A stretch of DNA of 64,000 nucleotides. It comes from Auanema rhodensis. Its lineage: Eukaryota; Animalia; Nematoda. The stretch is from NCBI GenBank assembly GCA_964057225.1, contig OZ059898.1:8556001-8620000 (forward strand), written 5' to 3'. Of this stretch, positions 1 through 13,603 are shown piece by piece (within the stretch, counting starts at the first letter, position 1; the number at the start of each line of letters is the position of its first letter). The notes beneath the pieces were generated by a model. That model saw nothing but the letters and a program-made list of their open reading frames with translations, did not search any database and was not told the origin of the DNA. Made by a program: the position numbers and the translations under genes.

Positions 1-312
1 GAACCTACTTTTGTTTCCTTTAGGCCTTCGTATATTGCAGCTGCTAGTCTTTGCTACGCTAACATTCTCACAGGTTTGTTCTGAGTGCTAATCTGGGATA
101 CTTATTGTTTTCTAGGACCAATACCCTGGAGTTCGAAACTCGAGGAGACTACCGGTATTATGGCTTGTAATTTGGATAACATTCTTCATCTCTTGCATAA
201 GATGTTTGTTGATGTGCCTAACCGTAGACACCGGTCTGTGTATAATCGATACTGTGAGAGTGACAAAAGCGAAGTAGCTATCATTGAGGCTCCAACTACT
301 TTACGATTTTAG
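1..312 (+). CDS. cya-1: Cyclin A, 3' end (last two exons; gene starts before the window)
   Basis: Spliced translation EPTFVSFRPSYIAAASLCYANILTG-PIPWSSKLEETTG...LHKMFVDVPNRRHRSVYNRY...EVAIIEAPTTLRF resembles the cyclin A C-terminal fold (YLPSVIAGAA...W...TGY...SIREKY...VSLLNPPETL); intron at ~74-115. Confidence 0.75.
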
Positions 313-912
313 AATTTTTCTTTGTCATCATTCTCATCCTTACTAACCAATTTTCTGAATCTCTAAAATTGCTCAAATGGGCAACTGACTCTTGGCTTGG
401 CATACAAAGCTTCTCATCTATGCTCATTTTTATTGTACAAAATTTTTAATTCATTTTTTCTTTCAAGTTCTGAATGAATGAGTAGCTTCTACGCCCAAAA
501 GATTTTTATTTTGTTGCGCTAATTTATTACTGATTATTTTTATTTATATGAATAGGTTTTGCTTGTAGCCTACCATTACCTAATTGTCCAAGTGACATAC
601 TGATTTAGAGCCATATATTTATGTACTCCCCGATCTGCATGTACCATACTTAGTATAATCTAACTTAGGGAAATCTTAATTGTCTTGCATAAATTTGTGC
701 TCTCTTATGTTTAGCTTACTTGATACATATTCCATATTAGCTTTAAATGATAAACCTTAAAAAAATAAGTAGTCCTCCTTTTATTCAAATACATGTACAA
801 ACATAACATTCAATAAACAGATATGGAATGGCGATCACAAAGCAAATATTCGTTCTTACAATGGTTTATCGATAGTTCAGAACAACGAGAAAGAGCTAGC
901 AAAATTCAATTT

Positions 913-2677
913 CTAATAATTATGTGAATAACCAGACTGTTGTGGATATCCTGACTGTGGGTATGGCTGCTGTGGATATGGCTGTTGGGGATATTGCTGT
1001 TGTGGTGGGTATCCCTGCTGTTGTGGTGGGTATCCCTGTTGCTGTGGTGGGTACCCCTGTGGGTAAGATTGTTGTGGATAACCGTTATGATCAGGATATT
1101 GCTGCATTGGATACTCTTGTGGATATTGACCTGAAGAAAAAGTATTTTACGTAGTACGGATCTTTTGTATTACCTTGGCCCTGATAACCTTCTTCATACT
1201 TGTTTTCTTCTCGAGGAAGAATACAATCAAAAACTGAACGGCACATACAATAAGCAACAGCGCAGCAGCAACAACAGCCAATCAGGATAAGGAGTAGAAT
1301 TCTGAAAATGAAAAGAATTACAAATACCTCAAGCTGTAAAATATCAAGCTGTATAAGCATATTAGTAGCATATTAGGGAAACAAGGACACAAATTATGTT
1401 TGAACGGAAAATAAAAAGTTGAGTAGCGCCGAGATGAAGAAACCGATCAAACTCATAGATCCGTGCTTCAACTTACATAAAATAGTGGTTAAGAAGAACA
1501 GTCTGAAGAACTTTTTCTTTGAATTGTAATCGACCATTATCGATGTCGACATTTTTGAAGAATATTTTCACATAAATGAACAAGTCACATACCAACAGTT
1601 GAACATATATAGTTGCACACGTATTAAAAAAAGGTTAGAGCTTACGCGAAGAGGATTCCAGTAAGTGAAAATTTAGAATTCGATGCTTGACTATCACCAC
1701 TTTTAACATTTTGTTGCACTTGAGCTGGACAACAGTCAGATCCACAACATACTTCAACGTCTTTTTTGCATCCCCAAATAATAGTTTTAGGTCTACTTCC
1801 ATCTTGGAATTGAATCTTGAAAAAAAATCTCTTTTTGAACATTTGAGAATTAACTTACGTTTCCGATAGCTTGAGCTGTGGAAGGAGTAGTCGAGGGAGC
1901 AACAGTAGTTGTGGTACTAGCGTCGTCTTGAGCTTGAGTTACTGGGGCAACAGTAGTTGTAGTTGTAGTGGTGGTGTTAGCTTCCAGAGCAGCAACCTGA
2001 ATATTTTCTACCATGTTTCAAAATTAGAGTTTTTGCTTTTTACTTGAGACTGGAGAGTGGATAATGGCATAGAACATTGGAACATATTAGGTTGATTTTG
2101 ATAGTGTCCATCCCAATAGTATGGTCGTCCATTAAGATGAACTGGATCAGAAGCAGACTTAATAATAGCTTTACCCGCTTCAAATACCAAGTGGCCTGGA
2201 GATAGAGATTAGTGATTTTGCCTATTAAAATGCATTTATACCAGCAATTGCACCAACAGCTCCACCAACTAAAGCTTTAGCGAAAGTGTTGCTAGATTTT
2301 GGAGCATGATTGAAGTTGCTGAAGAAAATACAATATAACTCTGATAAGAATATACACTCTCACTTTCCTCCGAAGTTTCTCGGTTGATTAAAGTTACTGT
2401 GTGGGGAAGGATGAAAACCGTTATTAGGCTGTGGATGGAATCCGCCATTCTGCTGAGGATGAAAACCAGAATTTTGTTGTGGGCGGAAACCTAGTAAGTA
2501 TTATATAACAATATAATTAACGTAAAAGTTGTATACTATACCTGGAGGAGGTGGAGGTGGAGCAGCTGGTGCACTGGGCTTTGAATTGCCTCGCGAAAAA
2601 AGACCAGAAAGCTTTTTGGCTTCCAATGGATTTGCTATTAACAATAATAATAGAATTGTAGATATGTGTTTGAACAT
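913..2677 (-). CDS. Nematode CX-module single-pass membrane protein with signal peptide, Thr-rich linker and YPQQ-rich tail (multi-exon)
   Basis: [20 protein letters not shown] signal peptide; ...[10 protein letters not shown]...FQCSMPL...[29 protein letters not shown] (CX Cys pattern); [10 protein letters not shown] followed by CCCCC; C-terminal (G)YPPQQ repeats; canonical GT-AG introns. Confidence 0.8.
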
Positions 2678-5600
2678 CTATAAGTAATATTTTTTAAATA
2701 TTTTAGTTCAAATGCAATAACAAGGTAAAGATAAACAAGCGAAAAAAAACATAACAATAAAAAATGCCCATATTTATATCAATAAAAAGAAAAAACAAAT
2801 AATTGAGAAAACAAGCGTTTCAGCCAAATTAACTTCAATTTAAGTGAAATTGGACAACAATTAGACATGAGATGACGACAAAAGGATAGAGTAATCTATC
2901 AAATCTTCTAAATGAGGAAACAAAGCTTTTGAAATACATAAAACAAGTTTTCCGATTTGTTCTGAACTAAATGTATTAACTGTGAAACAAAAAATAGAAA
3001 AGTACATAAAAAATCGTAGAATTAAAATTCCGTTCTGCAGCCAAGTAATTGAATATCAAAGTATTCTATTATACTAACTGTTAAAAATATAAAATTGGCT
3101 ATAAATTATAATTATCAATTCTCGACATGCTACTTCTCAAGTATTACCAGGGAAACCAGGGAAGAGGCGAAGCAACTAAAATTTTGAATGGAAAATTGAC
3201 TGCACAATAAAAAATCAAAAAAATCCGAATAGCCTAGCAAATTTGAAGCAAAAACACATGAATATTTTGAAAATACTTGTTTTTAGTGTCAAGCATATAT
3301 TAATATAAAATAAAAAAATTAAAACTCTACATGAAAAATATAATTAGTCATGGGTGATGTGGAAATATCGTCAAAACAGGCAGAGATTGTCAGATTTTAA
3401 CGAAATAGAACTATATATATATCTGAACACATAGAAAAGTATAAATCGATCCCAGCAGTGATGATGTGGGGTCACGTCGTCATGGAATCTGGTTTTCCTA
3501 GTGCTATACATAGTGTGTACGTCGGAGTGAGATTAGGCGGAACACCGTTAAGACAATAATGAAACAGGAAGATTTCATTCAGAAGATAAGTATTATTATT
3601 ACTATTAAAACTAATGAAAATAAGCTATAATTTCAACAAACAAAAAGATAAAACTGTTCTTGGATTAATAATGAAAGACAAGAAATGAAGAGGTTCAAGG
3701 TCAAGCACGAACAATTCTTATACGTTAGAACTTTAGTCAATACTTACAAGGCTTCCCGCTCAGTTGCCTACCGAAGAACAAGTTTACGTGAAGTCACAAA
3801 ATATATGATAAAATTCATTTGCTTTGTCTTCTTTAACCGCATGGGTCCATATGATAAAACCAAATTTTATAGTCAAGAAATGCATAAGAGGTTTGCTAAG
3901 TCAATTTGATGGTGCACTACTGCCTCCATAATGCCACCGAAATTTCCGACGATAAGATTATCTGCTAAAACTTACTATAGCGAAAAACTATTGACATATT
4001 TTAACTTTATTTATAATCTGTTTTAATGAGTCATATTATTTCACGGCAACCGTTCTTGAAATTCGGTAATACCAAATAAAAAAGATGACACGTTATGCCT
4101 TCTCATGTAATTGTTTCTTGTTCTTTTCAAGGGCAACCAGGGATTTTTGGCTTCTGTTAAGAACAAAGATGAAACATTAGAAAAAGTATGGACTAACGGC
4201 TTATTTATCTTCAAATAAAAATTTGTCCTCAAATCTAGGGTTACCGACTAACTAACACCTGACCAGCATGACGTCATACACTCGTGTCTGGTAAGGCTCT
4301 CAGGTCAAATGTGTGGACAATAAGGGTTATAATGGCCAACTTTCTCAGGTTAACAGATTGCAGATTTTTATTAGGAAGAGCAGGGATCGAAAAATATATT
4401 TAGTTTTCTTATTGATTTTTATTAAATTAGCTACGGTAAGAAGTAAATAAGGAGTTTAGAAATATAAAATAAAAAAAGGAAATATACATTCTATGAGACT
4501 ATGAAGATAATTCAGTTTTAAATATATTTCCCTATTAATTGTTGTGAGTTGCAGTTATTGATTGTACCTACTGTACGCGGTGAACGATCAGTTCTATTTC
4601 TAACAAATCGACAAGAAAACGTATTTTGACGAAATTGAAATTGCTGTTTCACATTTTTACGATAAGGATTGCGATTTTCGTAGCTTTATTTCTTACCAGA
4701 ATACTTAATTCGAGCCGAATTATAAAAAAAGTATACATGAAATGCAAGATGCTGAGGCATGCAAAAAGAATTGGCGATTTTACATAGGCAAATCATTAAG
4801 AAAGTAATAAATATAATGAAAGTCGGATGGAATTGTCTGGAATCAATCACTGGATAGGGGCAAGGTGAGGTCTAGACACGCAGTACTCAAATCAAAGACA
4901 TATCGCCATTTCTTCTTATTTCTTCAGCAAATCCATTTAATCGATGAATCGATGTTCATGATTTAACACTGTGTGCCTCTTCTAGGTATATCCATGTGAT
5001 GATTCTCTGACAAGCGGCTGCAGTGTGAGTTTATTTATTTTTCATGTTTTTTCTGAATATCTAATATTTAAATTCAATTGTTTTTGACTCATTTACCTTT
5101 TTTTTGTATTTAACCAGATAGAATCTGCTCTATTTCATTTCTGCAAATAAATTTACCTTATATAGACTATAAGTTAACCAAAACAACAAGGAATATATTA
5201 TTAAAAAATAAGTTTAAATCTTATTTTTGTGTTAGAGTTGTTTAACTTATTTCTGAAAAAGATAAGTTTATGGTAAGACTGTAACCTATGCTGTAATCTA
5301 ACAAAAATCTTAACGCTTCAAGTTTGATAGTTATAATACTACCTTTTTCCTAATGTCTCATTAGAAGGTCAATAATTAAACGAAAATGAAGAAGACACAG
5401 AATGAAAAGGTTAGTTTTGGGAAGGTTCAACAAAATGTGACAATTCAAATGAAATTTTAATCTCTATAGGGTGACGAAAATTTTTCAGAAAAAAGGGAAG
5501 TACATAAAATAAACTTGGATGTCTATTCAATGGAAACGAGTTATATTGGTTGAAAGAACTGCTCGCACGGAGCTTCGTCAGTGCTGTCGCTAAACGTAGA

Positions 5601-7842
5601 CCAGGTACAAGGAAGAGACTGTGTCTTATTTGTTTTGTCCGTTTCATTCTCTACCATTACTTACACTCTCATTCTGATAGTATATTCCTTCGTTCATATA
5701 TTTTCCTTACTCTCACTAATTCTTTTCGGCTTCTGAGTTGTCTTATATTCTCTTTCTTTGACTCAATATTAACCACTGCTCTTCTTCTACACCACAATCT
5801 TCTTTTTCACTGTTGACCTCATCCGAAAGTATCAGCAATGTGAGAATCTTACTTTGTTAAAAAGAAAAGAAAAGATAATCAGGAATCGCTTTGATCATTT
5901 TTTTCATCGACTTCGCAGATTTCTCTTCTGTCACTATTTGATAACTGGATAGGGTTTTTATGCCTTACGTGATCTATTTCGTTTTTTTTCTTAATAGTCA
6001 AAGAAAAAAAAGAGCTAGACATTAACTGATAAGCCAGATAATGAAAATTAATAATTATTTTATGAAATTTAAAAACTTTCAAGAACTGTTGAGATAAGAA
6101 CATTTTCTTCAGGATAACACAAAATGTTTTATGGTTAGATTGTGATTCGGAGTAGTTTTTTATCATACATTGCACGTATATCCATACTCGAAGAACAGCT
6201 GAAACTTCGATAACCAACATAGATAGAGAAATGTTTTGACATTTGGTATAGCTATTTTTGCCCTTTATAAACTACCAACTAGTTTTTCATTCTTAGGCAG
6301 AGGACTTTTGAACACCAAATATCTCATGTTATAATCTTTTCCTCTTTAGTCAGTCATAATCATCTTACTAAGATAATCAATATGATTTCTTTCTTTTTCA
6401 AAATAGCTGTGGTTTTACTTTCGGAAGTTTCGCTCATGGTTCTTATCGTCGTTGCAACTGTCACCACACCCTTTCAGATGAGAAGAATTACTCATATATG
6501 TCCTGGGAAAACGAGAACGGAGAACAACAGCAAAACTTGGACTCAATGACGTTATATGACCATGATGATGAGTCATAGCAAGCATAAGAAAATATTATTA
6601 AAAACGGAAAATTTCTGTACTTTCCAAAAAGTGAAATATTTGGTTGTATGTCAGTTGAAAAGTTCCTTCCTGCAAGTTTTGCAAATTGATGCTAAATTTG
6701 GCATGGAGATAACCATCGAAAGGAGAAAATAATATTAGTTTAAAGATGGACCTCATATGTATCGGAAGGAAGATCGATGAGACGAAGTCGTTAGAAGACT
6801 GACTGGCAACAATTCATCACGCCTTATCCACCGACTGATTGTAGTCTTTGAATGCCAAACGCTTTATTCTGAGGTGTAGCCGACGGTCATCCTTGAAGTT
6901 CAAATTACCTTAGATTTTATCTTTGAACGTTTATTAAGTATTTGAAGGTTATCATTTCCTTTTCCGTTGCATTTCATCTTTTCAGCCTTGTATTTTCATT
7001 GCTCTCATAAATATGTCAAACACGCTATCTGAAAGGGACGAACAACATAGCAAATGATAAATATGGATTAGCAGCTTAGAGTAAAAGCATAAATGAAAGT
7101 GATTAAATCTGAAAATATCTTCCTGGATGAGTCCACCAGTTTTCGTCACAAGAAATCGAAAGATTTGTGTATACATACTCTCTTCCAATGGCTTCCTTTA
7201 GATTCATCATACATTGACGAGTTCACAGCTCTCTTTTTGTTCTACGCTTCTTTAATTTTTTTTGCTATTTCATCAAATGTTCATAGTGAAACAAAGATGA
7301 AAGATGATTTTTTCTTTGTGCTTGCACAATCGATGTAGACTAAAATTAGATTATTTGCTGCCGAAAGAATTTAAGACGCTCTATCGATGTTCCGTTTGTT
7401 TCCTCTTACTTTCATAATTAGCTACTTATAAACAACAAACAGAACGAAGATGATTATGTAAATGTAAAAGGAATTGATATCAGAAACGAGTCATCTCCAA
7501 AATTGCGTTCACTATGCAAATAAAAATGTATTTGAGCCGGAGAAAATGGTCCCGTCACGCCCAGTTTTATTGGGCGGCCGTCCTTTGTATGTAGTTTCAG
7601 TGTTGGCAAAATGCCCAATTTTTTATTAGTAGCTTTCCATATTTAGAATTATCTATAAAAACAAATCTGCATATTCTCAAATTTCTACTTAAAATTTATT
7701 TTTCTTAATTTAATGAAACTTACGAACAGTAGAGCCCTAAAATTAAATAAATCCATGCTCATTAATTTTCTTAAATTATTCTTCTAATTCTACATTCAAA
7801 AAATATAGTTTAAATAATCACTTTCAGGGACGGTGAGGTTCG

Positions 7843-9646
7843 ATGTGCAAGTGGCTTAGCCAATTGCTTCCATCAGTTATTGCCTGGTCCCTAATAGTAG
7901 TTTGTACGACATGCTACTATTATTTTCTTGGTCCGGCATTATTTGATAAATGGGGATGGTAATTACTAAATTGGAAATTTTTCACTGTTTTTTAATTGTT
8001 AGGGTGGGATTCTCTTTAGTTGGAACAGATGTCGTAATTTTCTTATTAGTTATATCAAATCTTATTATGGCAATGTGTATGGACCCAGGAATTCATCCTA
8101 TGTGTGAGTTACTTCTCAGAATTTTCCATTTTTGCTAATTTAAATATTGCTTCAGCAACAAAACAAGAGGATTCATGTGCAGATGAATTTCGCTCACCTT
8201 TATATAAAAATGTTGAGATTAATGGAATAACTGTGCGAATGAAGTGGTGCATTCCTTGCAAGTTTTATCGACCACCTCGCTCTAGTCATTGTTCCGTATG
8301 CAATAGGTAACTTGAAAGTTTTAAAGTTCTAAAAAAATGTTATTTTTTTCTTAGATGTATTGAGACGTTTGATCATCATTGTCCTTGGGTACATAATTGT
8401 GTTGGAAGACGAAACTACAGGTTATTAGTATAATTAAATATATATTAAACTTATTCTTTAAGATATTTCTTCTTCTTTCTGGTATTTCTCAGTATTCATA
8501 TGATTTTGGTATTCGGTGTCTGTTTAGCCTATACTATCACTAACAAGTATGTTTTTTACCTTCTTTATTTTAATATTCTTTTACATTTAGCGGAGAAATG
8601 CTAGAAAGACCAAATTTGTGTTCTATTGTCCTATTAGCTTTATGTGCCATTTTATCTGTTCCTGTGATTGGTTTAACAATTTTCCACATAGTTTTAGTGT
8701 CCAGAGGACGCACAACTAATGAGCAGGTATTTTTTATTTTTCACTTTATTTATCTTTACAATGATGATTTAAGGTTACCGGTAAGTTTCAATCCGGTTAC
8801 AACCCGTTTACTATTGGCTGCACTAGAAATATTCAGCGCACGTTATTTGGAAGCCAACTTCCTTCGTAAGTTTTTAAAAATATTTGTAATTTATTTGATT
8901 CTAATTTTTTGTTTATTAGTTTTGTTTACATTTTCTTTTCTTATCCATAAGCATTGGTGATTGTAGATTTGAAAAATATGCAAAAGCTGCTAAAGCCAAA
9001 AGCGAAGGACAGCGGAAGCGTCAAGAGGAATCTGCTGCAAGACGGCACGATGTAGAAGAAGGTGATATTAACGAAACGACAGTTCTGTATGTTCCTGATA
9101 AAGATGGAAAGGAAGGCCATATCCGGGTAATTAGTTTTCAATATTGGAGTTTAGTGAAGAATTATTTTTTTGTAGCTGAAGCAATTGAAACTTGCTGACT
9201 CGCAGTCTGTTGGTACGGCTTTGTCAATCGCAAATGATGATGGCGTATCAGTGAAAGAAAGAAACGGTTCTAGCTGTAATCTCTTTGAATCTACTCAGGG
9301 TATGTATATTAAAATAATTTTTATTATTTTCTTGTTATATTTTGATTGTATTCTACGTGTTTAATTCAGCATCTCCCAGGATGTTAAGTCCTCAGTTAAG
9401 TCCCTCCGATGCTTATAAGGCTAGTGTCGAGGAAGCTACAAGGGGCTCATTGTCACCTGAAAAAGGTATTGCAAATGTTTCAATTTTTTTTAAATTTATG
9501 ATTCTTTGAGTTAACTGTATTAATCTTATTTAGAAAAAGTTGCCAATGCTGTCTTGAATGGCGACAGAAGTAAACCTATGGGATTCACTGATGCTATTCG
9601 GATACATGATCAATTAAATAGCCCCACTCGAGCTGTAGCCTTATAA
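7843..9646 (+). CDS. dhhc-8: DHHC palmitoyltransferase, ZDHHC5/8 type (multi-exon)
   Basis: [61 protein letters not shown] and GRTTNEQ motifs across spliced exons; ATG 7843 follows a TTTCAG acceptor; stop TAA 9644-9646. Confidence 0.93.
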
Positions 9647-12424
9647 GTCCCAGAACTATATTGTACTCTGTTTGAGTATGATCTCTCTAGAAACTGAAGA
9701 TAGATTATTTCTTGTTTTGATATGCCTAGGGCATAAAACTCGGGTAATGTATTTTAAACCTTTGCCTTATTTCAAATAAGCTTATTTATTACCACATACA
9801 TATTATTTCTAAAATCCTATGTAGAGTTTAGTTTGCTATTTCGTTACTCTGAGAAGATGTTTTACCAAAAATCTTATATAATTGGCTTGTTATTGTGACG
9901 CCAAAAGTCACAAGTGATTTTCACGATTTGTTTGGTAATCACCTATTTATTTCTATCCTGATTTAGTACCTATAGCTTAATGGAGCTTTGAAATATGCCG
10001 TATTAGCGCTTTGTGTCTGTTTTTCATTGTTGTCCTAGGAATATAGCTTTTGTTTTTTTTGTGGCGTACTTTGTTTCTGCTACCGGTATATACTGTGTTT
10101 ACTAGGGTGTAACTTTGTGCTAATACTCATTGCTTTTCTGCCTCCATTCGTTTAATATTGGATTAAAAAAAATTAAAATTTTGTATAGTGCTATTTGATT
10201 GTTGTTTTACCAGAAAGAACAGGTCAGTTCTCTGTCTCTGTGATCGTGACTCCCTGACTCTTCAGGAGATCTCTACCAAATCTTACTATAACAAGCCATT
10301 GCTTTGTATTTCTGTCTACTAATCTCTCTTGTTCCTATATTATCTTAACTTTTTTTTAATATAGCTTATGAAATATACAAAACGGAAGAAAAAAGAGAAC
10401 CTGGAAAAAATATATACATGGATCGGGTAATACTAATGTGTGAAATAGAGAAAGCTGCGAAAGCTCAAAAAAATAGAGAGAATGGGAGAGAAGAAAGAGA
10501 AAGTGAAAGAGAAGGTAACTTTTTAGATTTCTACTTTTTGCTACTTTTTTCACTAGACCCGCACGTCAACTAAAGATTCTACTTCACTTGAGAAGGAGTT
10601 AAAAGGAGGAAATCGCCACCATGCAAAGATGTTCATACATGTAGTCATGTAAGTTCTGGAAAACAATAACAGCAACAACACTACAAACCGACTTTTCCGT
10701 CAGTTGTAATTCGAATCGTTTGCCTCTCATTCCTCTCACATTCTACTGTTCTACTCAACACTGAATATTCCAGAAGGGATCTGCCGGCTGTTTTCAACTT
10801 GATATCCTCAACTGAATTCTGTTATTCATATTCATTTTCTTGGCAGTAGTATATAAAAGGTTGACGCGATTAATTATCATAATAAAGACTAGAAGTAGAT
10901 TTTATTTATTTATTGGTTTACTGTTATTTTCTTTAAAAATCAAGGAAATCAAGGAAAGGAAAAAAAATCGAAAAATTAACGCTACTAGCAACTTTCAATC
11001 TATCATATGAGGTCATTTTCGCCAGAAAGAACAGGTCAGTTCTTTCGAAGTCGAAAAGATTTCTGTTGTATTAGGTAGATAACTTGTATTCCACAATGAG
11101 ACGACCTCGTGATTTGTAAAAGCAATCACATTATGCATATAGGTGAGGCGGACAAAAACGTGTAAGAAAGAACAGAAAAAAAAATTTTATTGGATAGTCT
11201 TCTTGCTTTTAACTTTGAGCTTCGGCATTTATTTAACTATTTTGATCAGATACTTCACTGATCTTTTGTCTGCTCTTCAGCTTGCAATCAGCTGAGTCCA
11301 CTGAAATTAATGATGACGGGGGGAGATTTGTGACGGCAACACTAAGCTTGGAACGAAAATCTTTTAGTTCAGTTGACTTTATGAGGGACATCTCATTAAA
11401 TACCGTTAAGGAAGCTAGTTGATATCTTAAGAGTCTCGAATGACTAATTATCATCCTAACCCTTCAAACATATACGTTTCCATAATTCTTAAGAAGAAGA
11501 ATGATATAAAAGTGTTAGTGAGACTCTGGAAATATTTGCTCATTTTTTCTTTGTGAATTAAGATTTAAGTTTGTCAATAATGCTTCTCAGTTGATATATT
11601 TGTTTTTTTTATTATTATGTTGTTTAATTGACTTACTCATTAACTGTTTTCTTATCATAATAAAGACTAGAAGTAGATTTCATTTATTTATTGGTTTACT
11701 GTCATTTTCTTTAAAAATCGAGGAAATCGAAAAATTAACGCTACTAGCAACTTTCAATCTATCATATGAGGTCATTTTCGCTTTTACATCTAATCAATTT
11801 TCTTATGAACTTTTTTCTATAGAAAGTAAATCAAACATTCATTCTGTATTTTAAAGTGAAATGTATTAAGTTGTGTCCTCCTTATATTCATGTATATATG
11901 TACATAGCACTTACTATATATGTAATACGTATAATCAATAAAATTTCCATATAATATATTATTTTCGTAAGCTTTACTAATTTAAATTATCAAAGTTTTA
12001 TATTAATATTTCCTTATCGTTCTACGTGTATATCCGTACTTACCCGGAATATCTTAGGAAGAAATTAAAAATATATTGAAAATTCAGTTGTAAATTTGAA
12101 ATTTCTCACCCAGAATGCTTGATATCATTCATCCCCATATATTTCAAGGAATGTCAAATTTTCCCGCTACTCTATTTGATATTGATAATTGCTTGATATG
12201 TGTAATTAACAGACTTATAATATCCCTTCACACGAGTGTTCTAAAATTACTCTGCTTGATCTTTCCCTATCTCTTCTTCTCTTAGTTGTTTCTTGAAACT
12301 TTGATTTCATTTACTTCGTAGACAGTTCAGACATTACTCGTTTTTCATTTTGCTTTTTTTCTGAGCTATTTACCAGTGAACAATAGATTAGCCTTCTTGT
12401 TCTTAAATTTAAATAAAGGCCAAG

Positions 12425-13603
12425 AGTAGTCTATAAAAGGTTGACGCGAGATGGTCATTTTGCCCAAATGACGCTTTTTATACTTTTCGACCATTTTCAC
12501 GCTTTATTTTTCCGAAAATGTGTTTACATTCAACAAAAACACGTCATTTTTGAAAAAAGTCATTTTTTGACCATATGGTCATTTGCCCATTTTGCCCATT
12601 TCACAATTTTTGATCATTTCAAACAATTTTAAGGTAATAAATGAAATTTCATAGATCCAAAGAATCTGCGTCGCAAACTCCTTCAGGAGTGCCTGAGAAT
12701 CTAAGATTCGATAAAAACCTACCAAGTCTAACAAATGTTGATCTTGAAGAACTTGTGAAAGTACTTGAAATCAAGAATTTCTGAGGTACATTTATGCGAG
12801 ACACTTTGCCGAGTAAAGGAATTAAAGAAGGAGAAGTAGGTATTGTGATCAACAAACTCAACAAACTCCAAATTGTTTGACAACCTGTAAATGTGTAAAG
12901 AAACAATATTCAATTATACAGTATTTATCCAGATTCACATCGATAAAAATAAATTAAAAACAATAGACAAAATATCCGAAATAGATGACGAGGACTTCAG
13001 TCCGATTCCGTAGCTGATCCCTCGATCGATGACGCCTGCAAAATAACATCATCCAATGTACAGAGCGTGTTCTCTATCTCCGTGAGCACAGTCTCTTCTT
13101 CGGCATTCGCGGCAGCTCCTATAAAACAAAACAATTACATATGTGTAATCAAAATAGTTCTAGGAAAAGTTTTAAATTTATCAAATAGGAATTTTGTCTT
13201 TAAAATTGTTATAAAATGAAGCAAAACGTTTGGAGGTTTTGTATACCTGAACGATGTCGCAGACGACTATCAATATGCCCAATTTTCTCTAGAATACTTT
13301 GGCACAAGACTCTCCGCGTCGCTTCATCCATATCCCATGCACTATAAAAGACATGAATTAAATTATAACCCAAATTAAAAATAACAACTAAGATAATTAG
13401 AAATCATATTCTCACTCTTGACGGATCTTGTTGCGAACGTTGAGAAAAAGTGCGGAAAAGAAAAAGTGCTTTTTTCAAAAATGACGTGTTTTTGTTGAAT
13501 GTAAACACATTTTCGGAAAAATAAAGCGTGAAAATGGTCGAAAAGTATAAAAAGCGTCATTTGGGCAAAATGACCATCTCGCGTCAACCTTTTATAGACT
13601 ACT
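12425..13603. mobile_element. Internally deleted Maverick/Polinton relic (AGTAGT...ACTACT termini, 135 bp of paired TIR)
   Basis: Starts AGTAGTCTATAAAAGGTTGACGCG at 12425 and ends CGCGTCAACCTTTTATAGACTACT at 13603. 25-bp terminal stubs lie at 10845-10869 and 15159-15183. Direct 6-bp repeats are GCCAAG (12419-12424 / 15184-15189) and the mirrored CTTGGC (10839-10844 / 13604-13609). A protease-like fragment lies inside. Confidence 0.78.
12728..12853 (+). pseudogene. Fragment of a Maverick adenovirus-type cysteine protease (PRO) N-terminus
   Basis: LTNVDLEELVKVLEIKNF*GTFMRDTLPSKGIKEGEVGIVIN resembles the Polinton protease pattern L[ST]N.D....F[R]G.FMRD.LP....E.GI.N. It has an in-frame TGA at 12782-12784, and no catalytic His motif is visible downstream. 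Confidence 0.7.

Noticed and set aside
924-1154. Plus-strand ORF with VVVGIPA repeats
   Set aside because: Antisense shadow of the YPPQQ-coding exon.
3400-7400. Short ORFs and GC-richer patches between the CX gene and dhhc-8 (possible gene relic or snoRNA)
   Set aside because: No consistent exon chain, protein motif or complete box C/D pair could be supported.
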